Shown piece by piece: positions 8,964-18,229 of a stretch of 41,929 bases of DNA; the first letter of the stretch is position 1, and every line of letters begins with the position of its first letter. The notes under the pieces were generated by a model, which did no database searches, had not been told where the DNA came from, and saw only the letters and a program-made list of their open reading frames with translations. A program made the position numbers and the translations under genes. Source of the stretch: a virus. Its lineage: Duplodnaviria; Caudoviricetes. The DNA is taken from positions 1 to 41,929 of the IMG/VR virus record IMGVR_UViG_3300035701_000087, one strand, 5' to 3'.

Positions 8964-9386
8964 ATGAAAAAATTATTTAATTTGTTTTTGATGTTAGCAG
9001 TTTGTATTATCCTGATGGCTTCTTTTCTTCAGGCGGCTCCTTTGAAAAACATGACCTCTTACGTTGTGACCGTGACAAGCCATCCGATTAATGGTGGAAA
9101 TGTTGCAACGTTCATTCCATTATTGTCAGCATCTAAAGATTGGAATGTGTATGGAATTCTTTTAACAAAAGATTCCACGGTGGCGGATGAGACAATAACC
9201 ATCTATGATAATTGCACTGGAACAGCGACAGTGACAACTCGTTGTTCTGTGGTTATTTCAAGCATAAATGCAGGTTCAGTTTTCATTCCGTTCAGTGATG
9301 CAAATCCTTTGACAGCAGTAAAGGGTTTAATCATAAGAAAATCAGATCCTGCTTGTATTGTAACAGCGACTATCTTTGTAAAATAG
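8964..9386 (+). CDS. Signal-peptide protein, beta-rich (possible decoration protein)
   Basis: MKK + hydrophobic core + LQA; GGAGG SD. Confidence 0.65.
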   Translation: MKKLFNLFLMLAVCIILMASFLQAAPLKNMTSYVVTVTSHPINGGNVATFIPLLSASKDWNVYGILLTKDSTVADETITIYDNCTGTATVTTRCSVVISSINAGSVFIPFSDANPLTAVKGLIIRKSDPACIVTATIFVK

Positions 9387-9480
9387 TTCTTTAAATAGAT
9401 AGAATCGGGTTTTAAGGAATAGCAATTCAATTACCCAAATGATTGGATTGCTATTCCTTGACCATTTCATGGAGGGCAAA

Positions 9481-9837
9481 ATGGAATTTCATATTTGCCA
9501 GAGAAAGACTATCCTGGCATCAGCAGCAAGGGGCACAGGAGGTCAATCAAATTGGTTTCGAGTTGATGATGTAAAAGAAGCTCTTCTTTTTATTTTAGTT
9601 TCAGCCGCCTCCGGGACAACACCAACATTAAATATAACAATAGAATCCGCCGCAGAAGATATTGACACTCTAGTTGCCAGAGATGCATTCTCTTTGGATT
9701 CCGTTCTTCCAATTACCGCCGCCATAAACAAAGTCCAAAGAGTAACTAATTTTGGTAAGTGGATTCGTGTCAAGTATGTTATTGGTGGTGGAACGCCATC
9801 ATTCACTTTTGAAATTAAATGGGTTGGTAAATCCTAA
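9481..9837 (+). CDS. Putative virion beta-sandwich protein
   Basis: GGAGGG SD; SGTTPTL and WIRVKYVIGGGTPSFTF resemble post-capsid phage proteins. Confidence 0.6.
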   Translation: MEFHICQRKTILASAARGTGGQSNWFRVDDVKEALLFILVSAASGTTPTLNITIESAAEDIDTLVARDAFSLDSVLPITAAINKVQRVTNFGKWIRVKYVIGGGTPSFTFEIKWVGKS

Positions 9838-9849
9838 GGGAGGATTATA

Positions 9850-10584
9850 ATGAAAAAAATATTTTTAGCAATTTTAATTTTATTTGGACTGAGTATAAAT
9901 CTATTTGCCATCTGGCCTACGGATGAAGTAATCAGTGATGTCTTTAATCCCGATTTACACCTTCTTACCATAGGAGGAACCACATATATAACACAATCGC
10001 AGATTGATAGCATTAATAATGGAGTTACCGCCAGTTCAAGAGCAATAACCCAGGGATTAACAGATGTTAAGAATGAAATTCATGCAAGTTCCACTGGAAT
10101 AGTCCAGGCAGTGACTATCCTTGATGATAATTTAGAAACAGAAATTAATGCCAGTTCAAAAGCAATAACTCAAGGATTGCTTGATGTTAAAAACTCTGTT
10201 ATAGAAAGTTCAAATGCCGTTACGGAAAAATTAACAAGCATACAGAATACTTTGAATGCAGGAACCACGACTTATGAAAAAAACCCTGCTAAATTATATG
10301 AAGGACAAACTGTATATAAGAGTTCTGGAACAGCAGGATTATTGACAAGCGCAACAGGAACCACTATCACCATTACCGATAAAGTGAAAGCATTTTATTT
10401 TATGTATGAAAGTCCTTCTTCTGAATATTGTAAAATAGAATCTTCATATATGGGAGTTCCTATTTATTTAAACGATGGTAAATATACCAACATTCCAATA
10501 GATTATCCCCAGGCAGTTACTTTCACTATTTCAAATATGGTAGTTGGATCTACACTCACATGGGTAGTTCCCACACTTAAATAG
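9850..10584 (+). CDS. Signal-peptide protein with repeated coiled-coil segments
   Basis: Signal peptide ending LFA; repeats ASSRAITQGLTDVKN / ASSKAITQGLLDVKN. Confidence 0.7.
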   Translation: MKKIFLAILILFGLSINLFAIWPTDEVISDVFNPDLHLLTIGGTTYITQSQIDSINNGVTASSRAITQGLTDVKNEIHASSTGIVQAVTILDDNLETEINASSKAITQGLLDVKNSVIESSNAVTEKLTSIQNTLNAGTTTYEKNPAKLYEGQTVYKSSGTAGLLTSATGTTITITDKVKAFYFMYESPSSEYCKIESSYMGVPIYLNDGKYTNIPIDYPQAVTFTISNMVVGSTLTWVVPTLK

Positions 10585-10593
10585 GAGAAAACC

Positions 10594-12546
10594 ATGAAAA
10601 AAATATTATTTGGTTTATCTATTGTATTACTTTATTCAAACATAGTTTATGCTGAAGGCATTGGAACTTTAAGGGATAATACCAAAGTTGAGATTTCTAT
10701 TTTTAATGAATACAAAACTGAAATGGGCGTGAGTACCGGTGATGTCCGGGGCCTAATCGAAACCGAGATAACAGATAGAGAAAATGCAGATACAAATATT
10801 TGGAACTCAACACCGACGTATGGTTTATCAAGAGCTGATATAGCAGATTCAACTTTTACGCACTTACAGGCAAACCAGATAAAACTCGGCGACGGAACTG
10901 TCCTTACTTCAACTATCGTACCCGAAGGATTTACAAGTAGTAGCACGGCACGAATACCAACCATATATATTTGTGCTTCAAACTCCCCCGCAGAATTACA
11001 AGCAATAGCCAATTTTGTTTGTGACGGAACAAATGACGACATAGAATGGAATATGGCTTTAAGTTCAATAAATTATTTCGGCGGTGGAAAAATAATAGCA
11101 GAAAATGGAACATATAATATTACCTCAACTTTATATGTATCATCTAATACTACAATTACAGGTCAAGGTTGGGGAACCTATTTAAATTGTATTAATAATA
11201 ATAATCAAATAAATATAAATAATAATGCAAAAAATATTTATATAAAAGATTTAGAAATACGAATACAAAGCAGTGCTGGCGGTGTTTATATATTTTTTGC
11301 AGGCGAAAATTCCAATATAACAGTAGACCATTGTTATTTAGCAAATATGGCACTCACAGTCGGCGAAGCTATTTATTTTGCAAATAACACATATTCTAAT
11401 ATTTATATAAAAAATAACCTGATTGAACAATATGCAAAACTACATTCAATCTATTACACAGGGACAGGAACAACGACATTAAATAATTATTACATTACTG
11501 ATAACATATTTAAATCATTAGGAGATATCGGTAACTATTCAAAAATAGATTTGTCCAGAACAACAAACGCCGTAATCAAAGGTAATTTAATTGATGATTG
11601 TAAAAATGGGATAAATATAGCTTCCTCTTGCAATAATATTCATGTCATAAATAATATAGTAAATTCTTGCAGTAATATTGGATATAACATTTTAGGAAGT
11701 TCATGTGTCATATCAGGAAACAGCGTATATAACGCCGGAAGTGCAAACGCCGTAATAGCAAACAATACAAATAAAAGTGATATAAATTCATGGGATATTG
11801 ATAATTTAAAAACAGACGGAAGTGTAGCTATGACTGCGGGGTTGCCTTTATCTGACGGCACAATACTTTCTTCAACAGGGTCTTATGCTGATAATGCCGA
11901 ATTTCAAGCGGTAAAAAATTCCACTTCTGCACTGGTAGACGTGGCAAATTCAACTTTTACACACGCACAAATTAATCAGATATTACTCGGCGACGGAACA
12001 GTGCTTACTTCAACAACAGGATTTGGCGCCGGAGCAAGCGGATTAACAAAATCACAAATAGAGCAAACTACCTTTACCATTCTTAACGCAACTGAAATAT
12101 ACCAAAATGGAGTGCCAGTATCAACAGACGGAGTTTCACAGGCAGATTTTGACGCATACAAAACAAATGTAAAAACTGATACTGATACCTTAAATAACCT
12201 AATTGCGTGGACAACAGGGCAGTTTAATATGCAGTTTAGTACATGGGCAGAAACAGGCGATATAGCCGAATTATATTCACGTTCAACATTTACTATAATT
12301 GACGTGAGGTTTTACGCTTCTTCTGCACCAATAACCGCTATGACTTTTAGTTGTAAAAAAATAGAAAATGGAACAAATTTAATGAACGGTTCAATGTCTT
12401 TAAATGCCAATACTAATTTTTCAAACGTTGTTCTTTCAACAAGTTCTGTGCCTATGGATAGCGGAATGACAATAACTGTGGTATCTGGCAGGTGCAACGG
12501 AATAGTCCATACAACTTTCAGGTATAGAAAACAAATTGGACAATAG
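10594..12546 (+). CDS. Signal-peptide right-handed beta-helix (pectate-lyase-like / tailspike-like) protein
   Basis: Signal peptide ending VYA; FVCDGTNDD...GGGKI...GTYNI cap motif followed by Asn/Ile beta-helix repeats. Confidence 0.78.
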   Translation: MKKILFGLSIVLLYSNIVYAEGIGTLRDNTKVEISIFNEYKTEMGVSTGDVRGLIETEITDRENADTNIWNSTPTYGLSRADIADSTFTHLQANQIKLGDGTVLTSTIVPEGFTSSSTARIPTIYICASNSPAELQAIANFVCDGTNDDIEWNMALSSINYFGGGKIIAENGTYNITSTLYVSSNTTITGQGWGTYLNCINNNNQININNNAKNIYIKDLEIRIQSSAGGVYIFFAGENSNITVDHCYLANMALTVGEAIYFANNTYSNIYIKNNLIEQYAKLHSIYYTGTGTTTLNNYYITDNIFKSLGDIGNYSKIDLSRTTNAVIKGNLIDDCKNGINIASSCNNIHVINNIVNSCSNIGYNILGSSCVISGNSVYNAGSANAVIANNTNKSDINSWDIDNLKTDGSVAMTAGLPLSDGTILSSTGSYADNAEFQAVKNSTSALVDVANSTFTHAQINQILLGDGTVLTSTTGFGAGASGLTKSQIEQTTFTILNATEIYQNGVPVSTDGVSQADFDAYKTNVKTDTDTLNNLIAWTTGQFNMQFSTWAETGDIAELYSRSTFTIIDVRFYASSAPITAMTFSCKKIENGTNLMNGSMSLNANTNFSNVVLSTSSVPMDSGMTITVVSGRCNGIVHTTFRYRKQIGQ

Positions 12547-12610
12547 AGGTATAATAATGTGCACCAGTGGATATGTTTACGGCATAACTCCAAAAATCAA
12601 TTTTAAAAAA

Positions 12611-13138
12611 ATGAAATTAAAAATATTTCTGTATTTAACAATTATTGCGTTAATATTATTTTTTGTTAAATTTGTTTTCAGCCAAGAAGTAATAGTATCA
12701 TATAATCCCCATAATTATACATATCTTGTATACCCGTCAAGTTTAACTATCTCAAATAAAACAACTGACATAACAACATTAGTAACTGCAAGCAAAGACA
12801 ATCCCCAGCCTTCCGGAAGATATACTATGATATATAATTCTACATCAGCACTTTCCGGGTTCTGTGATTATACAAGCAAAAGCGGATATTTTAAAATTGA
12901 CAATTCAACTACAAGAGTTTTAATAACGATTAATGCTGAAAGCGAAAACATTGTTAAATCATGGGAAACTTCCGGCAAAATTAAAAAAATATCATGCCTT
13001 TATGAAAAAATATTTGATGATGATAAAAAAGGAATTAAAAATGGAAAGATAATGATAAGAGAAGATTATATTGATTATCAATTAAATTCCACTAATAAAG
13101 ACTGGTATATAGTTGACAGAAGTACACCCATAAAATGA
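12611..13138 (+). CDS. Signal-peptide or membrane-anchored hypothetical protein
   Basis: MKLK + hydrophobic stretch ending VFS; start uncertain (ORF open from 12536). Confidence 0.6.
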   Translation: MKLKIFLYLTIIALILFFVKFVFSQEVIVSYNPHNYTYLVYPSSLTISNKTTDITTLVTASKDNPQPSGRYTMIYNSTSALSGFCDYTSKSGYFKIDNSTTRVLITINAESENIVKSWETSGKIKKISCLYEKIFDDDKKGIKNGKIMIREDYIDYQLNSTNKDWYIVDRSTPIK

Positions 13139-13899
13139 AAAAAATATCTTTAATATTGCTGTTTATCACTTCAACCTGTTATAGTCAGGTGCCTGACACA
13201 CATACAGGATTGTTAAGGCATTGGGCGTTTGACGAAACAAGCGGAACAAAAAGTTTTGATACTATTGGATTTGATACATTTTCTATAACCGGATTAACAG
13301 TAGGAATAACTGGAAATTTTGGAAAAGCAGTTCAACAAACTTCTTTAAATGATCAGCAGGGGTTTTCCTCATTATCTAATAACTTGGGTTTGGACGGGTT
13401 AAATGAATTTACTGTAAGTCTTTGGACTAACTGGAATACTTCACCGAGAATTGGTGACTCATGCAGATTTTTTATGAACGTAAATGGTTATGTATGGACT
13501 GGTTATTATCAAGGTACTGGAACTATATATTATTATGTAGACAATTCAAATGGTGTAACAATTTCAACAGAAACATCAGGAGTAACTTTTTCAGTAGGAA
13601 CATGGTATAATATTGTCTTTACATATAAAAAGAATGATTATATGCGGGTGTATATAAATACAGTAGTTAGAGGAAGCCAGCCGACACAAAATTACCCCGT
13701 AAGAACAAGCAGTGCACAAACTTATCTGGGAGCATATCTTAACGGCATAAATAATGGAGATTTACGTTCCCTTGATGATTTGGCAGTTTTTAATTACGCT
13801 TTATCTCAAACAGAAATAGATAATATATATAATAATAGTTATCCCGCACCAACTATACCAACAATTAAAAGAAAATCAAAATCAATAACATTTGAATAG
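13135..13899 (+). CDS. Signal-peptide LamG / concanavalin A-like lectin-fold protein
   Basis: GLLRHWAFDE, FTVSLW, WYNIVFTY, LDDLAVFNYALSQTEI. Confidence 0.85.
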   Translation: MKKISLILLFITSTCYSQVPDTHTGLLRHWAFDETSGTKSFDTIGFDTFSITGLTVGITGNFGKAVQQTSLNDQQGFSSLSNNLGLDGLNEFTVSLWTNWNTSPRIGDSCRFFMNVNGYVWTGYYQGTGTIYYYVDNSNGVTISTETSGVTFSVGTWYNIVFTYKKNDYMRVYINTVVRGSQPTQNYPVRTSSAQTYLGAYLNGINNGDLRSLDDLAVFNYALSQTEIDNIYNNSYPAPTIPTIKRKSKSITFE

Positions 13900-13907
13900 G
13901 AGCATAT

Positions 13908-14420
13908 ATGAAAACATTAATTGTATTAGCTTTTATTTTAGGATTGGCGACAGGCGTGTTTGCGGTAGATAAAAATGTAGTATATAACAAGGACACAAAA
14001 GAGATTATCGGTGTAGCAGTCAAAACAACTCCGACAAAGGATTCTGACAGGGTTGATATTGTTTGTGAGGGCGATATATTAATCAGTGGTGCAAAGACTG
14101 ATAAACTTATTACTATTGCCATTGACAATAAGAGCATACCCGCAGATATAACGACTAAAACATACAAAATAGATACTATAACAAAAGATATTTATGAACC
14201 TATAACCATTGAATATATTAATGGATATAAAATAAAAAACATTAAAAAAGAAATCATTGGTAGATTGACTTTATCAAGCGGAACTACATATAATATCTAT
14301 GATATGAAAGGAACTAAACTTGGAACATATAAGGCTTCAGTTAAATTAACAACTACAAACATAAAAGATAGGGAATTTAAACTGATAAAAATCTCTACTG
14401 GTTATACGATAAAGGAATAA
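13908..14420 (+). CDS. Signal-peptide hypothetical protein
   Basis: MKT + hydrophobic core + VFA; AGGAG SD. Confidence 0.65.
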   Translation: MKTLIVLAFILGLATGVFAVDKNVVYNKDTKEIIGVAVKTTPTKDSDRVDIVCEGDILISGAKTDKLITIAIDNKSIPADITTKTYKIDTITKDIYEPITIEYINGYKIKNIKKEIIGRLTLSSGTTYNIYDMKGTKLGTYKASVKLTTTNIKDREFKLIKISTGYTIKE

Positions 14421-14423
14421 TGA

Positions 14424-14774
14424 ATGTTTTTTCCTTATATAGAGTTTTTAATAAAATTTGGTTCTTATGGATTAATTACAATCCTTTGTATTGTTATATT
14501 TTTACTGACACGATGGATTGTGTATAATCATTTAGCAAGTATTTCAAAAGCAATAGTTGAAACTAAAAATTCTCTTACATTAAAAATTGAAGATGTTGAC
14601 AGAACTATAAAAGCATTTCATAAAAGACTTGATGAAGAAGAAATTATGAGAGATAAAAAAGATGAAGAACAGGGAAAGGAATTAGTGAGTCTCACAAAAG
14701 ATATAGAATATATATCCAAGGATATCAAAAGAATAGATGAAAAAATAAATAGATACAATGGTCTAAGGAGTTAA
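14424..14774 (+). CDS. Single-TM coiled-coil protein (holin-like / lysis accessory)
   Basis: N-terminal TM segment followed by a charged coiled coil. Confidence 0.5.
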   Translation: MFFPYIEFLIKFGSYGLITILCIVIFLLTRWIVYNHLASISKAIVETKNSLTLKIEDVDRTIKAFHKRLDEEEIMRDKKDEEQGKELVSLTKDIEYISKDIKRIDEKINRYNGLRS

Positions 14775-14841
14775 AATGGGAATAATACAAAATATCAGTT
14801 TATTGATTAAGTTAAATAAAATATTACAGGAGGTAAAGGAA

Positions 14842-15096
14842 ATGCTAAAAAAAGGGAATTGGTTTTCAACGGAATTTATTCTAAATGTTTTAACAATTTT
14901 GGGAAGTATTGCAGCAGCAGTAGTTGGTTTTATTCCGGTAGTTCTTGTTGCAAAAGGCATAGCTATACTTGTAATAGTTTACACAGTTGGCAGAAGTATA
15001 GCAAAATTGACTACAACAACAAAAGATGATGAGATAGTAGAAAAGATAGGAAACATAATCAAAAATCTTGGCGGACAGGTTCCAGAAAATAAATGA
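14842..15096 (+). CDS. Putative holin
   Basis: Two hydrophobic helices then TTTTKDDEIVEK; SD before 14842; upstream in-frame ATG at 14776. Confidence 0.6.
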   Translation: MLKKGNWFSTEFILNVLTILGSIAAAVVGFIPVVLVAKGIAILVIVYTVGRSIAKLTTTTKDDEIVEKIGNIIKNLGGQVPENK

Positions 15097-15791
15097 CAAT
15101 CACGATTGCAGATTTCAGGACTAAGGTTGGAATAATCATTAAGGACACTGCGGGTGTATTGTCCTTAACTGCTACTTCAGGAGACGTGGATCAACTCATT
15201 CTTTCTGCGGTTGAATTCTATTCCAAAAGAAAACCAAGAATGTTATTTCAGAAATATACAGGGGATGGTGGATATTCTTATACCATGCCAACTTCTTGGG
15301 TAGATGGTTTTTCCGATATAGATTCATTGGAATATCCTTCAGGAGAACAGGTTCCCGTATATCTGCAAACAGAAGATTGGGAAATACATACAGATGATAC
15401 AGGAAGTAAAATAAGATTCTTAGATGATTCTCCCGGAGCATCTGAAAATTTTATAGTTGGGTATACTGTTCCTCATACTTTAAGCGCCGCCGCTTCTACT
15501 ATATATGCAAATGATTTTGAAGCCTTATGTTATCTTGCAGCTTCTTATTGTTGTAAGGCAATTTCAAAGGCTTATGCTCAATCTTCTGAACCAATAATAA
15601 ATGCCGATGCAGTAGACTATAAATCCAAGAGTGGTGAGTATGCAAAGAGAGCAGAAGAGTTATATAAAGATTATGAAAGACTAATGATAGAATCAGATGA
15701 AACAATAGACGCGGGTTCCGTAGTAAAAGATTTTGATACTGGTTTTATATGGGGTGGCAGACATCTAACCCATCCCAAGGAATTCAGATGA
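15093..15791 (+). CDS. Head-tail adaptor
   Basis: Position, size and adaptor-like helical N- and C-termini. Confidence 0.6.
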   Translation: MTITIADFRTKVGIIIKDTAGVLSLTATSGDVDQLILSAVEFYSKRKPRMLFQKYTGDGGYSYTMPTSWVDGFSDIDSLEYPSGEQVPVYLQTEDWEIHTDDTGSKIRFLDDSPGASENFIVGYTVPHTLSAAASTIYANDFEALCYLAASYCCKAISKAYAQSSEPIINADAVDYKSKSGEYAKRAEELYKDYERLMIESDETIDAGSVVKDFDTGFIWGGRHLTHPKEFR

Positions 15792-16285
15792 GCATGGAAA
15801 TAGTGATTCCGACTTACCAACTCCAAAATCTCCTGAAGCAATTCGAGGGAGCAGAAGATACACTTGATAACTTAGCAAGAAAGACCATGATTGAATCTGT
15901 TTCTATTCTTGAGAGAATTATTAAAGAGACTGCTCCGGTGGATGCGGGAATTTATAGAAATTCGGTATCTTCCAAAGTTATTGGTAAGGCTCTTGATATG
16001 ATAGGAACTGTATTCTCGCCTTTGTTATATGCTATAATCGTAGAATCAGGAAGAAGTCCAGGAACCTGGCCTAATGTTGCAGCAGTGACAAGATGGGTAG
16101 AACGGAAAAGACTGGCAACTTCCGAAGAAATGATTTTAAAGATTGGATTTTTAGTTTCAAGAGCAATTAAAAACAGAGGCATAGAAGCAAAAAATATATT
16201 TGAGAATGCATTGGAAGCCTCAGAAACTTTCATAGTTAAGAAATTTGAATGGATGTGCAATGAATTTATCGGGAGTTTTAAATGA
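15788..16285 (+). CDS. HK97 gp10-like neck/tail completion protein
   Basis: APVDAGIYRNS, YAIIVESG, GIEAKNIFENA. Confidence 0.75.
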   Translation: MSMEIVIPTYQLQNLLKQFEGAEDTLDNLARKTMIESVSILERIIKETAPVDAGIYRNSVSSKVIGKALDMIGTVFSPLLYAIIVESGRSPGTWPNVAAVTRWVERKRLATSEEMILKIGFLVSRAIKNRGIEAKNIFENALEASETFIVKKFEWMCNEFIGSFK

Positions 16286-16749
16286 GTGAAGCATTAATAA
16301 GAGCAGAAATAAAATCAGTTATGACCGGTATATCCACAACTATCGGAAGCAAGATATATGATTATATGCGACTTCCAAATGACAAAGGAATTGTATCTTG
16401 GAAATCATATCTCGATGCTTTTAAAGATGGAACTAAAATTCTTGGTTGGCAAATATATAGAACTTCTTGTTTGGAAATACATTCTACAACTTCTATTAAT
16501 TTAAGAACTCATACATATATGATAGAGGGATTTATGTCTTTAGATGATTCAGCAGAAACAGAAAAAACATTCCAAACTTATATAGAAAAAATATGCGATA
16601 CTTTTAGGGCAAATGTAAAATTAAATGCTAAAGCATTTGAAACAAATCCTATCCAGGTCTTAGTTATAGAAGCAAGAATGTTTGGAGAAGTATTGTGTCA
16701 TAGAGTTGCGATGAGTTATGATGTTCAAGAAGAGATTCAATGGCGTTAA
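16282..16749 (+). CDS. Tail terminator-like protein
   Basis: Between the gp10-like gene and tail tube; 155 aa. Confidence 0.55.
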   Translation: MSEALIRAEIKSVMTGISTTIGSKIYDYMRLPNDKGIVSWKSYLDAFKDGTKILGWQIYRTSCLEIHSTTSINLRTHTYMIEGFMSLDDSAETEKTFQTYIEKICDTFRANVKLNAKAFETNPIQVLVIEARMFGEVLCHRVAMSYDVQEEIQWR

Positions 16750-16759
16750 GGGAGATAAT

Positions 16760-16930
16760 ATGGAAATTAAAGTTAAGGTTCTAGTTCATAGATATACCAC
16801 GGAAGGTGAAATTGTACGAGGAAAAGAAGTATTTATGGATAGTGACCTGGCTGAACAATTAGAAAGACAAGGTTTTGTAGAAATATTAGATAAAAAAGAG
16901 AGACATAAGAAAAACAAAAAGGAGGACTGA
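16760..16930 (+). CDS. Small hypothetical neck-region protein
   Basis: GGGAG SD; AEQLERQGFVE motif and basic tail. Confidence 0.55.
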   Translation: MEIKVKVLVHRYTTEGEIVRGKEVFMDSDLAEQLERQGFVEILDKKERHKKNKKED

Positions 16931-16932
16931 AT

Positions 16933-18129
16933 ATGGGAAGCGGATTATTAACTCATCTTGGAGTTGCAAAAGAAGTGGCATGGGGGACTCCCATTGCGGC
17001 CACTGATTATTTGAAATTCAATTCTGAAAATATGGCTTTGGTTATTGAAGAAAATTTATCTGCTCAACTTCATGCAAGAAGGGATGAACCGGAATCCTAT
17101 GAAGGACTCGGAAGAGTTATGGGGGATACTGTTCACGAAGTCCACCCAAATGGTCTTGGATATATTCTCCGTTCTTGGTTCGGACAACCAGCAACAACTC
17201 AACCCGGAACATTGGCTTATCAACACGTCTTTACTCCATTCTCTCATTTTATACCTACTGCTCAAAAGGGAACTGCCACGGGTGGAGGAACGACCAGTTT
17301 GGCAGATACCGGGAAGACTTGGGTTGTAAATGCTTATGTTGGGATGTGGGTTCATATTCTTTCTGGCACCGGAGCAGGGCAAGTTGGTTATATAACTGCT
17401 AATGATGCAACGACACTTACGGTTGCCACCTGGACTCCACCTAGCACCGATTCTATCTATGAGATACGGGTGGGTCCCGGAAATTGCATTCTTCCGCCTT
17501 ATACACTCGAAATTAATCGTGACATAGGGTCTCCTAATGGTTTTCAGTATTCTGGCTGCGTAGCGAACGTTTTGGCGTTCTCTTATGGGGTTGCAGCGAA
17601 GATTCTCAACCTCACAACCTCTTGGATAGGTAAAGATGAGGCAAAGTTGGCGATTACAACCCCCACATTAGAAGCTACCAAACCTTTCACCTGGGATGAG
17701 GCTGTTATTTCTATTGGAGGATCGGCTTACAATTATCTTGAAACTTTGTCTTTCAATCTTGATAATGGACTGGTTGGCGTTCCTCTTTTAAATGCCACTC
17801 CCAAGAGAATTGGAATGTTGCAGGGCGATACTTATAGAAGTGGTTCAATTGCCCCAACTTTCAGAACTCAAGACAGAATTGAGTATGATAAATATAAAGC
17901 ATGGACTACCTCTGCATGGACAATAGTATTCACAAGTTCATTAATTGAAACTTCACATTATTTCACCCTAACAATATCATTTCCTAAAGTTCTATATATG
18001 ACTTATCCAATAGGTATTGCCGGCCCGGGACAAATAATTGTTGGTGCAACCGGTAAGATAAAATATGATTCTTCCTCGGGTTATCTTTGCAGGATAACCT
18101 TGAAGAATTCAATAACGAAATATTCGTAA
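16933..18129 (+). CDS. Tail tube (major tail) protein with an inserted accessory domain
   Basis: LGVAKEVAWGT, YQHVFTP, YTLEI, YSGC motifs; upstream of tape measure. Confidence 0.82.
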   Translation: MGSGLLTHLGVAKEVAWGTPIAATDYLKFNSENMALVIEENLSAQLHARRDEPESYEGLGRVMGDTVHEVHPNGLGYILRSWFGQPATTQPGTLAYQHVFTPFSHFIPTAQKGTATGGGTTSLADTGKTWVVNAYVGMWVHILSGTGAGQVGYITANDATTLTVATWTPPSTDSIYEIRVGPGNCILPPYTLEINRDIGSPNGFQYSGCVANVLAFSYGVAAKILNLTTSWIGKDEAKLAITTPTLEATKPFTWDEAVISIGGSAYNYLETLSFNLDNGLVGVPLLNATPKRIGMLQGDTYRSGSIAPTFRTQDRIEYDKYKAWTTSAWTIVFTSSLIETSHYFTLTISFPKVLYMTYPIGIAGPGQIIVGATGKIKYDSSSGYLCRITLKNSITKYS

Positions 18130-18158
18130 TCCCAAGCACCTACTCTTGGGAACTTTTT
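18130..18158 (+). terminator. Probable intrinsic terminator after tail tube
   Basis: TCCCAAG-8 nt-CTTGGGA followed by ACTTTTT. Confidence 0.55.
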
Positions 18159-18229
18159 CTGCCTTGAAGAAGGATGGCGATTTTGAAGAAGCCTTTCAAG
18201 TTGTTGTCCTTCTTTAATTTTGAGGTAAT

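Noticed and set aside
10846-12020. Duplicated segment as a diversity-generating retroelement TR/VR pair
   Set aside because: No reverse transcriptase in the genome; both copies are coding and differences are not adenine-specific.
18127-18216. Frameshift or read-through extension of the tail tube acting as a chaperone
   Set aside because: Alternative frames give only about 20-30 codons and no convincing slippery site precedes the stop.
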